This document shows, in pieces, positions 50,537 to 59,860 of a stretch of DNA of 64,000 nucleotides. Position 1 is the stretch's first letter; each line of letters begins with the position of its first letter. The notes under the pieces were generated by a model. That model made no database searches. It had not been told where the DNA came from and worked only from the letters and a program-made list of their open reading frames with translations. The position numbers and the translations under genes were made by a program. Source of the DNA: an uncultured Candidatus Saccharibacteria bacterium (GTDB taxonomy: Bacteria; Patescibacteriota; Saccharimonadia; Saccharimonadales; JALRHH01); assembly GCA_964559915.1 (NCBI GenBank), contig CAZLJP010000001.1, positions 129,510 to 193,509 of the forward strand. Direction: 5' to 3'.

Positions 50537-50989
50537 ATGGGTTTATTTGGCAAGAAGAAAGACAATTTTACGGTTAATGTCACTCGCACAGCAACAGGAA
50601 AAGGCTACATAGTTAGATCAACTGTCGATTACCGACTCAGGACCCCCGCAGACGTCGGTAGACTAATAGATGACTTAGACGATAAGACGGTGCAGGAACT
50701 TCCTGAAGCGGCTGCCGCCGGCATGATTTACAGCTACTGCACGATTAAATATGCTGACCCAACAATCTCTAACGAGGACGCACTCTTGAAGATGCTGGAA
50801 GAAAGCGGATATGCCAAGCGCGAAGTTAATGACTTGAATGTTATGAATACAGGTTCCCTAGTTGACCTTATTAACTACAACCTCCAATATCACGCTAAAG
50901 ACTATATCTTTAACCTCGAAGAAGTTAAGGGTTTCTATGAAAACCTATGTATGACTTCACCTATTTTTAGGAATATAGAGATTAATTAG
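50537..50989 (+). CDS. Hypothetical protein
   Basis: 150-aa ORF in an AT-rich islet. No motifs recognised. Confidence 0.4.
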   Translation: MGLFGKKKDNFTVNVTRTATGKGYIVRSTVDYRLRTPADVGRLIDDLDDKTVQELPEAAAAGMIYSYCTIKYADPTISNEDALLKMLEESGYAKREVNDLNVMNTGSLVDLINYNLQYHAKDYIFNLEEVKGFYENLCMTSPIFRNIEIN

Positions 50990-51282
50990 ACAGTGTGTCT
51001 GAACTAAAAAATGAACTCAGTGAAGAAAATATAAAGGCATGGGCTGAATACTTCATGCTACTTGCCGAAATTGATATGAAAAACAAGTTACAGGAACAAA
51101 AAGACAATATTGTATAATATATTTTTAACAGGGGTGGAAAATCAAGCGTAAACATTTGACAACAGGATTTGTCGTTAAATACTTGCCCCGACCCCTGTTG
51201 GGTCGTGACTCACAATCGACTTGTGCGACACACGTTTCACTAGCATGATCAGTAACAGAGGTGGTAATGCTATAATTAGGTT

Positions 51283-51759
51283 ATGAGTATTGAAACCATA
51301 GGTGTTATAGGTTCGTTGGTACTTGGAGTGGCAGGTTTTGGCTTTGGCGTGTACCAATATGCTGACAAGAAAAAGAGTCAGAAAATTAAGTTGCGAGTTA
51401 AGTTTGAGAGCGGTGTATTGACGTACCATAGCGGCAATCTGAGTGAGCCAATGCTTTTCATTAAAGCAGCTAACATTGGCGATAGGTCGGTCACTCTGAA
51501 CGCCCCACACATAAACGTGAAACATAGCGACGGTGGTTCGTTATTTACAGAATATGGGGCATATCAAACTTTGCCATATACTCTTGAGTCAGGCGATAGT
51601 TTGGTGGTTTGGTACGAGATTAAGCCTATTGCCAAAGCGCTCAAACGACATGGTCTAGCAGGCAAGGTTAAGTTAGGGGGCTATTACACAAGTCAGGTGG
51701 GTGATGAGTTTAAGGCGAAGCCCTATACGCTTGACGTAGACGACTGGTCAAAGGACTAA
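51283..51759 (+). CDS. Membrane-anchored hypothetical protein
   Basis: N-terminal TM (IGVIGSLVLGVAGFGFGVY) then a beta-rich domain. TATAAT 10 nt upstream. Confidence 0.4.
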   Translation: MSIETIGVIGSLVLGVAGFGFGVYQYADKKKSQKIKLRVKFESGVLTYHSGNLSEPMLFIKAANIGDRSVTLNAPHINVKHSDGGSLFTEYGAYQTLPYTLESGDSLVVWYEIKPIAKALKRHGLAGKVKLGGYYTSQVGDEFKAKPYTLDVDDWSKD

Positions 51760-52030
51760 CGGACGACTTAACTTAGTCCGCACAAGTTTTACTTGTGACC
51801 AGCAACTAGCATAGGTTCAAATGGTGTCCAGCGAGTGTAAAAGCAAGTCTATATCAGGGGTGATACTTTTGTGCGAAGTTACTCCTTGAAGCCTCTCTTA
51901 GCTGCAATACCCAATCAATATCTGGGTTGCTAAGTAACCAGTCACCTATAGCTTCAAAAGGTTCAACACTGCTGACTTCTGCTGTACCAAACTAAGAGTC
52001 CAGATGAGAGTCTGGGCTTTTTGTTTGGAT

Positions 52031-53809
52031 TTAGATTTTGCGGACTTTTTCGGTGTGAATCATCCAGTGAGACACATTGCCGTAACGATCGGCAGGTACA
52101 TTCAGAGTGTTGAGTTCAAGGCCGTACACCGTGTCTCTAGTCACATAGAGATACCGTGGCTGATACAGTGCAAGCGCTGGTGCATCATTGCGCCAAGCCT
52201 CTAGGAACGGCTTGTACTTCACTGCTCGAAGTGCGGGATCCGCCCTTGTCCTGCCCGCCTGCAGCGCGCTATCAGCGGCAGCTGAACGATACTCAGAAAA
52301 GTTTACTCGGTTTGTTGCCCGCTCATCGGCCTGGCTACTGCCCCAATAGGCATAAATATCAGGATCAGGGCCCAATGATATGCCGTACAACAGCGCATCG
52401 TAACTGTGATAGGTGACTGAGTTCTGCAGCTCACTGTCTGGCTGCAACAACACTTCCAGCTTAACGCCAATTTTTTGCCAATCTTGCTGCAAACGCTGGG
52501 TTACATAGGCATATTCGCTACTGCTCTGTGAATATAGATTAAAGGTGAGTGGCTTGCCGTCTTTCATGCGAATACCGTCAGCACCGGGTACCCAGCCCGC
52601 TTCGCTCAACAGAGCGGCTGCTTTGTCACGGTTAAATGCCAGCTGGGTAATGGCGGGGTTATAGCCTGGGTGGTTTTGCAAGAACGGCTCCTTAGAAGCA
52701 ATAGCCGGGAACCCAAGGTCGGCCAACAGTGACTGTTGGTCAGTCGCTTGAACTAATGCTTGGCGAACTTTTACGTCTTTGAGGATTTCTTGAGAATTAC
52801 GGAAGAAGACCATAATCTGGGCTGTGAGCGGTACATTGTACTGGTCAATTGAAACGTCAGCCTTAAAGGTATCTGGTAGTGCTTCCACGCCACTCATTGC
52901 AGTTAACTCATGGTTTTCGAAGCTATGTATCATAGTGGTCTCGTCTGCAAAATATTGGATAACGTAATGACTCAATGCAGGTTTACCTTGGTAATAATAT
53001 TGATTTGGGTTCAGGCCGATACGCCCACCGGGCATGTCAGTGTTATGTGAAACCTCTACCCTATCCCATGAGAATGGCCCAGCACCAACGGGGGCGGTGT
53101 TGAATTGCATGCCGCGCATCTGTGCAGGCGGCACGGTTGCCAGTAAATGCTCGGGGATAATGCCAGTAGTCAATGAATACGGGAATGCGCTGAGAATACT
53201 TGGCAGCGTGAATACGACGGTGTAATCATCCTTGGCTTGTATATTAATTCCCTGCCAGCTACTAAAGAGTGGTGATTTGGCATCGGGATTCTGAATTGTC
53301 TTATACGTAAACACCACGTCACGCGCCTTCAATGGCTTGTTATCCTGCCACAAAATATTGCGCTTGAGGGTCACCGTATAGGTAGTTTCGGCGGCGTCCA
53401 CTTCCCATTTTTCTGCCAAATCGCCAACTAGCTTATTTTGAGCATCGTATTTGAATAGCCCTGCAAACACCAGGCGAGAAACCGCACTATCGACTGCCCC
53501 GGTGGCATATATGGGATTAGCATTAGTAAAGGCGCCTAGGATGCCTTCTGTGTACGTGCCGCCCGCTACGGGAGCAGGGGTCTGGTAGTACTTACTAAGG
53601 TCAGAAAACTGATACACCGTCGCGCCCAACAGCAGCACTGCGAGTACAATCCATGTCAGCACAAACCGACGTACATCAGCCAAACGGCTTAAACGCTTGA
53701 AGAAATGGCGTTCTATTTGTTCTTCTGCTTGCACGCCCAGGTCTTCAACCTGGTTCTTACTACGCCTAAACCGGCGACGCCACCTCAGCCGAGTAGTTCT
53801 ATCTATCAT
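52031..53809 (-). CDS. ABC transporter substrate-binding protein, family 5 (OppA/DppA-like)
   Basis: 592 aa with N-terminal signal anchor. SBP_bac_5 architecture. Confidence 0.8.
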   Translation of the reverse strand: MIDRTTRLRWRRRFRRSKNQVEDLGVQAEEQIERHFFKRLSRLADVRRFVLTWIVLAVLLLGATVYQFSDLSKYYQTPAPVAGGTYTEGILGAFTNANPIYATGAVDSAVSRLVFAGLFKYDAQNKLVGDLAEKWEVDAAETTYTVTLKRNILWQDNKPLKARDVVFTYKTIQNPDAKSPLFSSWQGINIQAKDDYTVVFTLPSILSAFPYSLTTGIIPEHLLATVPPAQMRGMQFNTAPVGAGPFSWDRVEVSHNTDMPGGRIGLNPNQYYYQGKPALSHYVIQYFADETTMIHSFENHELTAMSGVEALPDTFKADVSIDQYNVPLTAQIMVFFRNSQEILKDVKVRQALVQATDQQSLLADLGFPAIASKEPFLQNHPGYNPAITQLAFNRDKAAALLSEAGWVPGADGIRMKDGKPLTFNLYSQSSSEYAYVTQRLQQDWQKIGVKLEVLLQPDSELQNSVTYHSYDALLYGISLGPDPDIYAYWGSSQADERATNRVNFSEYRSAAADSALQAGRTRADPALRAVKYKPFLEAWRNDAPALALYQPRYLYVTRDTVYGLELNTLNVPADRYGNVSHWMIHTEKVRKI

Positions 53810-53818
53810 TGCGTAAGC

Positions 53819-54034
53819 TTAGGCAACAATGCCCAGTACGATTGACGCTACGAATACAAAAGCGATAATAATGGTCAGTTGATGCAGACTTTTGTCTGTG
53901 CCACGACGTACGGTGTTGATTTCACCACCGCCACCACCTAGACCAGCACCCAATGAAGCGCCGCGTGTTTGAATTAGAATCAGTATGGTCAGTACCACCA
54001 TTGTGCCCATTGTGACGTAGTTATAAATACTCAT
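53819..54034 (-). CDS. secG: Preprotein translocase subunit SecG
   Basis: 71 aa, two TM separated by a Gly-rich loop (GASLGAGLGGGGGE). Confidence 0.7.
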   Translation of the reverse strand: MSIYNYVTMGTMVVLTILILIQTRGASLGAGLGGGGGEINTVRRGTDKSLHQLTIIIAFVFVASIVLGIVA

Positions 54035-54060
54035 AGTTATTGCTCCCCGGCTTGGCCGAG

Positions 54061-54423
54061 TTAATCCTCCAAAATAGTGTTCACTAAGTAGTTTACCAAG
54101 CCGATGATCATACCCGCAAGCATTGCCGCCCCAAAATTGGTGACATGCAGTGCTGGATAGAGCCAGCTGGCTATTAATACCATCAAGCCATTAATCACAA
54201 TCATGAAGAGCCCAAGGCTAAATAATATAGCCGGCAACGACAGCAAAACGACGATTGGCTTGATAATGCTATTTACGGCGGCCAAGATACCACCCGCCAC
54301 TACAATGACCGCCAGACGCTTATCGTACTCTAGGGCGTCGCCAAGTAGACCAGCTGCAATCCATAGGCCTAGGCCACAAACCACCCAGCGGACAAGAAAT
54401 CGAGCAAGAGGACCTTTTTTCAT
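54061..54423 (-). CDS. DUF360/YvlD (phage_holin_4_2-like) membrane protein
   Basis: 120 aa, four TM. Sequence pattern matches the YvlD/DUF360 family. Confidence 0.55.
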   Translation of the reverse strand: MKKGPLARFLVRWVVCGLGLWIAAGLLGDALEYDKRLAVIVVAGGILAAVNSIIKPIVVLLSLPAILFSLGLFMIVINGLMVLIASWLYPALHVTNFGAAMLAGMIIGLVNYLVNTILED

Positions 54424-54433
54424 AATCTTATGC

Positions 54434-55660
54434 TTATTCTAGCACGCGCGGTAGCTTTGCGGACAGGACTCGCACACCTGATTCCTCGACCACTACATCA
54501 TCTTCAATACGGATACCAATCGACTCTTCTGGTATATAAATGCCCGGCTCAACTGTTAGCACCATGCCTGCTTCCAGTGGTAATTCATAATCAGCTACAT
54601 CATGTACATCTAACCCGAGGAAATGTGAGGTAGCGTGTGGGTAGTATTGGCGTATTGCGTCAGATTCGATTGATTTAATAAGTCCTAGTTCACGCAGCTT
54701 TTCGCCCATAAATAGTGCCACCGACTGCTCATATTCCCGTAATATGACACCAGGCTTCAGCATATCCAGCGCATATTCCTGAACAGCCAGCACGGCATCG
54801 TAGACTTGCTGTTGCCGCTTGGTCGGCACCTCGAGGCTATAGGTGCGTGTAATATCTGCGGCATAATGATTAACTTCGGCACCGACATCAAGTAGCACCA
54901 GTTCATTCTCTACAAGTTGACTACTATTTTGAGTGTAATGTAGTGTGCAGGCATTTTGTCCTGATGCAACAATTGGCTGATAGGCGTGGTCATAGCTTTG
55001 CTGTTTGAAGCCTGCGGTTATGAACGCTTCCGCCTCAAATTCATACGTAAAGGTGCCTGGCCGTTTTTTCTTGAACTTCTGCAGCGTATCAACGGTTATA
55101 TCGATTGCCTGCTGGATTGCGGCAAGCTCGGCTGGCTGCTTAACCATGCGCATACGGGCCACATGCATACGTAGGTCAAGCAATTCTATATCAGCATTCT
55201 GTGACTTGATTCTTTTGATTAGGCGAGCGCGGGCTGGATTACTATAAAACCCATGTGCCGAGACATAAGACGGATTGGCTGCTAGTGTAGCCACGTGCTT
55301 AACTCGCTGTAACCGAGCCTCGAGCTGTTTCCAGCCAGTATCGGCAGACAACACCGACTCAATGCCAGATATAGTACTAAGACTGCTATTTTCAATCTGA
55401 CCATCAAACGCCACCCGATGTTCATCGCGCTCGGGTATAATCAAATACTCTTTGCCCTTGTCCATCACCAGCACAACATCAGGCTCATCAATACCAGTTA
55501 GGTACCAAAAATTACTATCCTGTCGATACGGAAAGGTAACGTCACCACTACGCTGTAGCAACCCATTAGCAGTCAGTACAATCGGGGCAGTGCCCGTAAA
55601 CAGTTCCCGAAGGCGCTGTCGATTGCCGGCAAAAAAGGCCGCATCCAAAACTTCACTCAT
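54434..55660 (-). CDS. pepP: Xaa-Pro aminopeptidase (M24 family)
   Basis: N-terminal creatinase-like domain plus C-terminal pita-bread fold with metal ligands (HYTQNS...D...H...E...E). Confidence 0.85.
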   Translation of the reverse strand: MSEVLDAAFFAGNRQRLRELFTGTAPIVLTANGLLQRSGDVTFPYRQDSNFWYLTGIDEPDVVLVMDKGKEYLIIPERDEHRVAFDGQIENSSLSTISGIESVLSADTGWKQLEARLQRVKHVATLAANPSYVSAHGFYSNPARARLIKRIKSQNADIELLDLRMHVARMRMVKQPAELAAIQQAIDITVDTLQKFKKKRPGTFTYEFEAEAFITAGFKQQSYDHAYQPIVASGQNACTLHYTQNSSQLVENELVLLDVGAEVNHYAADITRTYSLEVPTKRQQQVYDAVLAVQEYALDMLKPGVILREYEQSVALFMGEKLRELGLIKSIESDAIRQYYPHATSHFLGLDVHDVADYELPLEAGMVLTVEPGIYIPEESIGIRIEDDVVVEESGVRVLSAKLPRVLE

Positions 55661-55694
55661 AACAGACTCCTAGTATACACTACGGCACCTACCT

Positions 55695-57182
55695 CTATAG
55701 GTACTGCTTGATGAGTGTAGCCTTGGATTGGCCAACTACATCCGTCAGCTCCTCAATAGACGCTTGTTTGACACCACGAACACTGCCAAAGGTTTTGAGA
55801 AGTTGCTTGCGAGTCGCTGGCCCAATACTAGGGATATCATCTAGAGAACTGGCAGTCTGACGCTTGGCCTTGAGCACCGAATGATAGCTAACCGCAAAAC
55901 GGTGAGATTCATCACGGATGCGCTGGAGTAGCTTGACTAGGTTGGTGTTGTGCGGCAGATTGACCAATATAAAGTCTTCGCTTTCTGTTACAAATCCACC
56001 AAGCTTCTTAATACTTAACATGTTAAGTATTATATTCGAGCGACTTTTCTCAATCACGATTTGTTCTTCACGCTTAGCCAAACCAATAGCCGGAATCTTG
56101 GATAGACCTCGTTCATCGCGAGCTTTCAAGGCTGCATCAAGCTGACCCTTACCTCCGTCTATGAGTAGTAAGTCCGGCTTACCCCAGGCTTTAACATTCT
56201 TTTCGGACAAGCGTCGCTTGAGCGTTTCATTCATATTATAGAAATCATTATTGTGATTAATCTTGGTTTTGAATTTACGGTACTGACCCTTATCACTCAC
56301 ACCATTGGTGAACACCACCATACTGGCCACCACATCTGTTCCCTGCATATGACTGATGTCATAGCCCTCGATACGCCTGGGATAGCCCTCAAGCCCCAAC
56401 AACTCAACCAGCTCGGTCAGTGCGTGGTCTTTGCTAATATCAAGGAATTCTTTGTCGCTAAAGATAACTTGGTGGCCGAGCTTTTGCAGCGCAAAGATTT
56501 GGTTACGGACCCTGGCTGCATCCTCAAACTGCGCTGCTTTAGAAAGCTGTTTCATGTCTTTCTCTAGCTCTTTGATAATATTGGTTCGTTTGCCCTCAAT
56601 AACGGCGATTAGTTTGCGCAGATTTGCCCGATACTCTTCTAGACTTGTTTTGCCTTCTTCTAACCCCGGGTCCAGCCCCAAATGATAATGCAATGTTGCT
56701 CGTTTTTGATGAATGGTTTGTTTTTCGGCAAAAGGGAACACGCGGCGCAGATATTTGAGCGCCTTGCGCACCGTCAAGCTACTAAGATACGGGCCAAAGT
56801 ACCGCGCTCCGTCATCCATTGGCCGCCGTGTAACCGTTACCGTGGGATGGTCGCTATCATAATCAATACGAATGTAGCTCATTGATTTATCATCACGGAG
56901 CAAAATGTTGTAGCGCGGCATGTAGCGCCGAATCATTTCGGCTTCTAGAAACAGTGCTTCTAGCTCACTTGCTACAACCATCCAGTCTGTATCAACAATC
57001 TCTGATACCAAAATCTCGGTCTTAGGGTCGCGCCCACGGGATTTCTGGAAATACTGACGCACACGATTATTTAGAACTGCTGCCTTGCCAACATAAATAA
57101 TCTCCCCTTTTGCATCCTTGTGGAAGTACACACCGGGCTCTTTGGGCAGTTGCTTAAGCTTTGTCTCTAGGTTCTTGTTCAC
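55695..57182 (-). CDS. uvrC: Excinuclease ABC subunit C
   Basis: GIY-YIG N-terminal domain (GVYFHKDAKGEIIYVGKA), UvrBC domain, RNaseH-like endonuclease and C-terminal (HhH)2. Short at 495 aa. Confidence 0.85.
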   Translation of the reverse strand: MNKNLETKLKQLPKEPGVYFHKDAKGEIIYVGKAAVLNNRVRQYFQKSRGRDPKTEILVSEIVDTDWMVVASELEALFLEAEMIRRYMPRYNILLRDDKSMSYIRIDYDSDHPTVTVTRRPMDDGARYFGPYLSSLTVRKALKYLRRVFPFAEKQTIHQKRATLHYHLGLDPGLEEGKTSLEEYRANLRKLIAVIEGKRTNIIKELEKDMKQLSKAAQFEDAARVRNQIFALQKLGHQVIFSDKEFLDISKDHALTELVELLGLEGYPRRIEGYDISHMQGTDVVASMVVFTNGVSDKGQYRKFKTKINHNNDFYNMNETLKRRLSEKNVKAWGKPDLLLIDGGKGQLDAALKARDERGLSKIPAIGLAKREEQIVIEKSRSNIILNMLSIKKLGGFVTESEDFILVNLPHNTNLVKLLQRIRDESHRFAVSYHSVLKAKRQTASSLDDIPSIGPATRKQLLKTFGSVRGVKQASIEELTDVVGQSKATLIKQYL

Positions 57183-57204
57183 AGCTTATAGTATACAAGC
57201 GAGT

Positions 57205-57750
57205 CTAGTTACTGACGAGCTCTGCTAGTTTCTTGGCGGTGGTGATGTTACGAATTGTCATTTGCTTGTACAAAGGAGTACCAACGATACGTAACAGGCT
57301 GTACTTTGTCTGATTCTGACGTGATATGTTGGCCAGCACCGCGCCGTCCATATAAACCATGGTTTCTAGCTCTGGCCTGTGCCCCAGCTTGTCTAGCACA
57401 TCTGGCTTATTGATATCGTCAAACAGATACAGCACGTCAGATTTCTGACCAGATTTATCCGGCTGCGGTTTGTCGTTCGTCCAAGTCTTTGGGATAGCTG
57501 ATGCGATAGCCTTGATTTTCTCACCAGACAAAACCAAGGTAGGAATACCAAACCCAAAATGTTTCTCAAGTGCAGCCTGTACTTCGCTCGCTTTTGGCTT
57601 GGCGCTGCTACTAAATACTGCATTGCCAGAATTGATATAAATCAATACATCCTTAAAGCCAAGACTTTCCAGCACAGCCTTAAATTCTGCCTTGGGCACA
57701 CGATTGTTCCCGCCAACATTGATACCACGGAGCAGCACAACGTACTTCAC
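57205..57750 (-). CDS. DUF1697 family protein
   Basis: MKYVVLLRGINVGGNNRV N-terminal signature. Confidence 0.7.
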   Translation of the reverse strand: MKYVVLLRGINVGGNNRVPKAEFKAVLESLGFKDVLIYINSGNAVFSSSAKPKASEVQAALEKHFGFGIPTLVLSGEKIKAIASAIPKTWTNDKPQPDKSGQKSDVLYLFDDINKPDVLDKLGHRPELETMVYMDGAVLANISRQNQTKYSLLRIVGTPLYKQMTIRNITTAKKLAELVSN

Positions 57751-57754
57751 GATG

Positions 57755-58216
57755 CTAGTACTCTGCTATAACAATCTTGTGCTGTTGCATTAAGGTCTTG
57801 AAAGCTTCTGGTTTTTTCATCAGCTCTGCCATGTTTTCTGGCACAATTTGCCAGCTCAAGCCGTATTGGTCTTTGCACCAACCGCATTGTTCACTCTCTG
57901 GCACTTTTGACAGATGTTCCCAATAGTAATCAATCTCATCCTGGTCTTTGCACGGCACCATAAATGATACTGATTCATTGAACTTAAATTCCGGTCCTGC
58001 GTTTATGGCAACAAAACGCGTGCCAAGCAAATCAAATTCTACAGTTAGTACCTTGCCGGCTAATTCTTTTTGGAAGTCTGCCAAGCCTTCTTCTGTGCTG
58101 CTTGGGTAATATTCTGTGCTGACGACCTGAGCGTCTTTAAACACCGATACGTAAAAATCCACTGCTTCTTTGGCATTACCATCGAACCATAGATTTGGAA
58201 CTATTTGTTGTGACAT
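57755..58216 (-). CDS. VOC-superfamily protein (PhnB/3-demethylubiquinone-9 methyltransferase-like domain)
   Basis: NLWFDGNAKEAVDFY signature of PF06983-type proteins. Confidence 0.7.
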   Translation of the reverse strand: MSQQIVPNLWFDGNAKEAVDFYVSVFKDAQVVSTEYYPSSTEEGLADFQKELAGKVLTVEFDLLGTRFVAINAGPEFKFNESVSFMVPCKDQDEIDYYWEHLSKVPESEQCGWCKDQYGLSWQIVPENMAELMKKPEAFKTLMQQHKIVIAEY

Positions 58217-58217
58217 A

Positions 58218-58496
58218 TTATTTGTCCTTTCCTTTTAAATTAAGCATATTTGATGGGTCGCTATGCGCCCTTCCGGAATTAACATGTTTGTCACTAATCT
58301 GTGCACCGTATTTGATAATGTGCACAATTGCCATGGCATGACCACGGCCTAGCTCAAACTCACCACTCAGCCACTGTACAATATCACCGGCCTTTGTGTC
58401 CTTGTCGAACCCTTTGGCCGTAGCCATATCAATAAATTGTTGCGGTGTCTTACCCGTTTTATCTTCAATGTTATCTAGATATGCTTGAAATGACAT
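58218..58496 (-). CDS. DUF4287 domain protein
   Basis: Start at MSFQAYLDNIEDKTGKTPQQF, which overlaps the upstream stop as TAATG. The longer track ORF would overlap the upstream VOC gene. Confidence 0.6.
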   Translation of the reverse strand: MSFQAYLDNIEDKTGKTPQQFIDMATAKGFDKDTKAGDIVQWLSGEFELGRGHAMAIVHIIKYGAQISDKHVNSGRAHSDPSNMLNLKGKDK

Positions 58497-58882
58497 TATT
58501 TCTCCTGCAGGACTGATAGGATATTGCCGGCAGGGTCTTTGAACCACGCTATGTCTGGACCCATGCTGGCAGCTAGGCCGCGTAGTACGCCCTTTTCATC
58601 CTGTGGGGCGGGCATGTTGTCATAGCGCTCCATGACAACTCCCTTGCTTGTTAAGGCATCGATTGTTGCGTCTATATCTTCAACTACAAAGTTAAGCACC
58701 GTAAATGTTGCAGGTTGATGGTCCTCTTTTTGATATACAAACACACTTCCGCCAGCATGTAAATTTAGGTGTAAGCCCATCCTGTCGTCATCGGTTTGGA
58801 GGCCCAGTGCTTCGCCATAGAACTGCTTTGCTGCATCAATATCGTTCACAGAAAATCCGCTAAAAGTTGCTACATAATCCAT
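58496..58882 (-). CDS. VOC (glyoxalase) family protein
   Basis: 128 aa with a betaalphabetabetabeta module pattern. Confidence 0.7.
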   Translation of the reverse strand: MDYVATFSGFSVNDIDAAKQFYGEALGLQTDDDRMGLHLNLHAGGSVFVYQKEDHQPATFTVLNFVVEDIDATIDALTSKGVVMERYDNMPAPQDEKGVLRGLAASMGPDIAWFKDPAGNILSVLQEK

Positions 58883-58920
58883 ATGAAACCTCCTAATATA
58901 GGTTTTATTATACGCCGGTA

Positions 58921-59844
58921 CTAGGCTGCGGCGACAATTTTAGGCGCTTTACGGCATGCTTCCGTGTGGAAAAGCAGGCTGGGGTCTTCTTTGCAGGTTT
59001 CGCAAATGAGGACAAGGTCATTACAGGCTGGATTGGCGCAGTTTTCAAAGTTGCTGGTTTTGCCACTGCAATGCGTACATTCACCGATTGTTTTAGCATG
59101 GTCAGAAAAGTCCACTTTCATGCGCTTATCAAATACACGCAGGCTGCCTTCCCATAACCCGTCATCACCATAGGCTTCGCCGTACTTCACAATCCCACCA
59201 TCAATCTGGTAAACGTCTTTGAAGCCACGCTTTTTCATCATAGAGCTGATTACCTCACAGCGGATGCCACCAGTACAGTAGGTTACGACCTTTTTGTCTT
59301 TAATGTCACTGTACTTATCACTTTCGAGCTCAGCTATAAAATCACGGGATGTATTAGTGTTGGGGACCACGGCATTTTTGAATTTACCTATACTTGCCTC
59401 GTGAGCATTGCGCCCATCAAAGAACACTACATCATCACCATATTTTTCTACCAATTCATGCAATGCCTTGGGCTTAATATGCTTACCGCCACCAATCACG
59501 CCATGTTCGTCTACATCAAATTCGTCATCAGAATTTTTGAACCCCACCAGCTCACGACGTACTTTTACGCTCATACGCGGAAAATCTTCACGGCTACCTT
59601 CGCTCCACTTAAAAACTATACCTTTAAAGGCAGCATATGATTTGGTAGCTTTTGCATAGGCTTTGAGGTCCGCTAAATCGCCACCAACTGTACCGTTTAG
59701 GCCATGTTGACTGACTAATATACGGCCACGGAGGTTCAGACTGTCGCAGAGTGTCTTCTGCCACAGCTTCACCGCCTCTGGGTCGGCAATAGGCGTAAAT
59801 TTGTAATACAAGAGAATCTTCTGCATCGACAAATAGTATACCAT
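58921..59844 (-). CDS. trhO: Rhodanese-domain tRNA uridine(34) hydroxylase (UPF0176/TrhO/YceA)
   Basis: ILLYYKF N-terminus, rhodanese active-site YCTGGIRCE and C-terminal Cys cluster. The start may be 6 codons downstream. Confidence 0.8.
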   Translation of the reverse strand: MVYYLSMQKILLYYKFTPIADPEAVKLWQKTLCDSLNLRGRILVSQHGLNGTVGGDLADLKAYAKATKSYAAFKGIVFKWSEGSREDFPRMSVKVRRELVGFKNSDDEFDVDEHGVIGGGKHIKPKALHELVEKYGDDVVFFDGRNAHEASIGKFKNAVVPNTNTSRDFIAELESDKYSDIKDKKVVTYCTGGIRCEVISSMMKKRGFKDVYQIDGGIVKYGEAYGDDGLWEGSLRVFDKRMKVDFSDHAKTIGECTHCSGKTSNFENCANPACNDLVLICETCKEDPSLLFHTEACRKAPKIVAAA

Positions 59845-59860
59845 ACCCCTGTTATTTACA

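Noticed and set aside
51780-51960. 50-codon open frame on the minus strand (FGTAEVSSVEPFEAIGDWLLSNPDIDWVLQLREASRSNFAQKYHP)
   Set aside because: It is preceded immediately by an in-frame stop and contains no Met or alternative start. It is probably a remnant of a decayed gene rather than a functional CDS.
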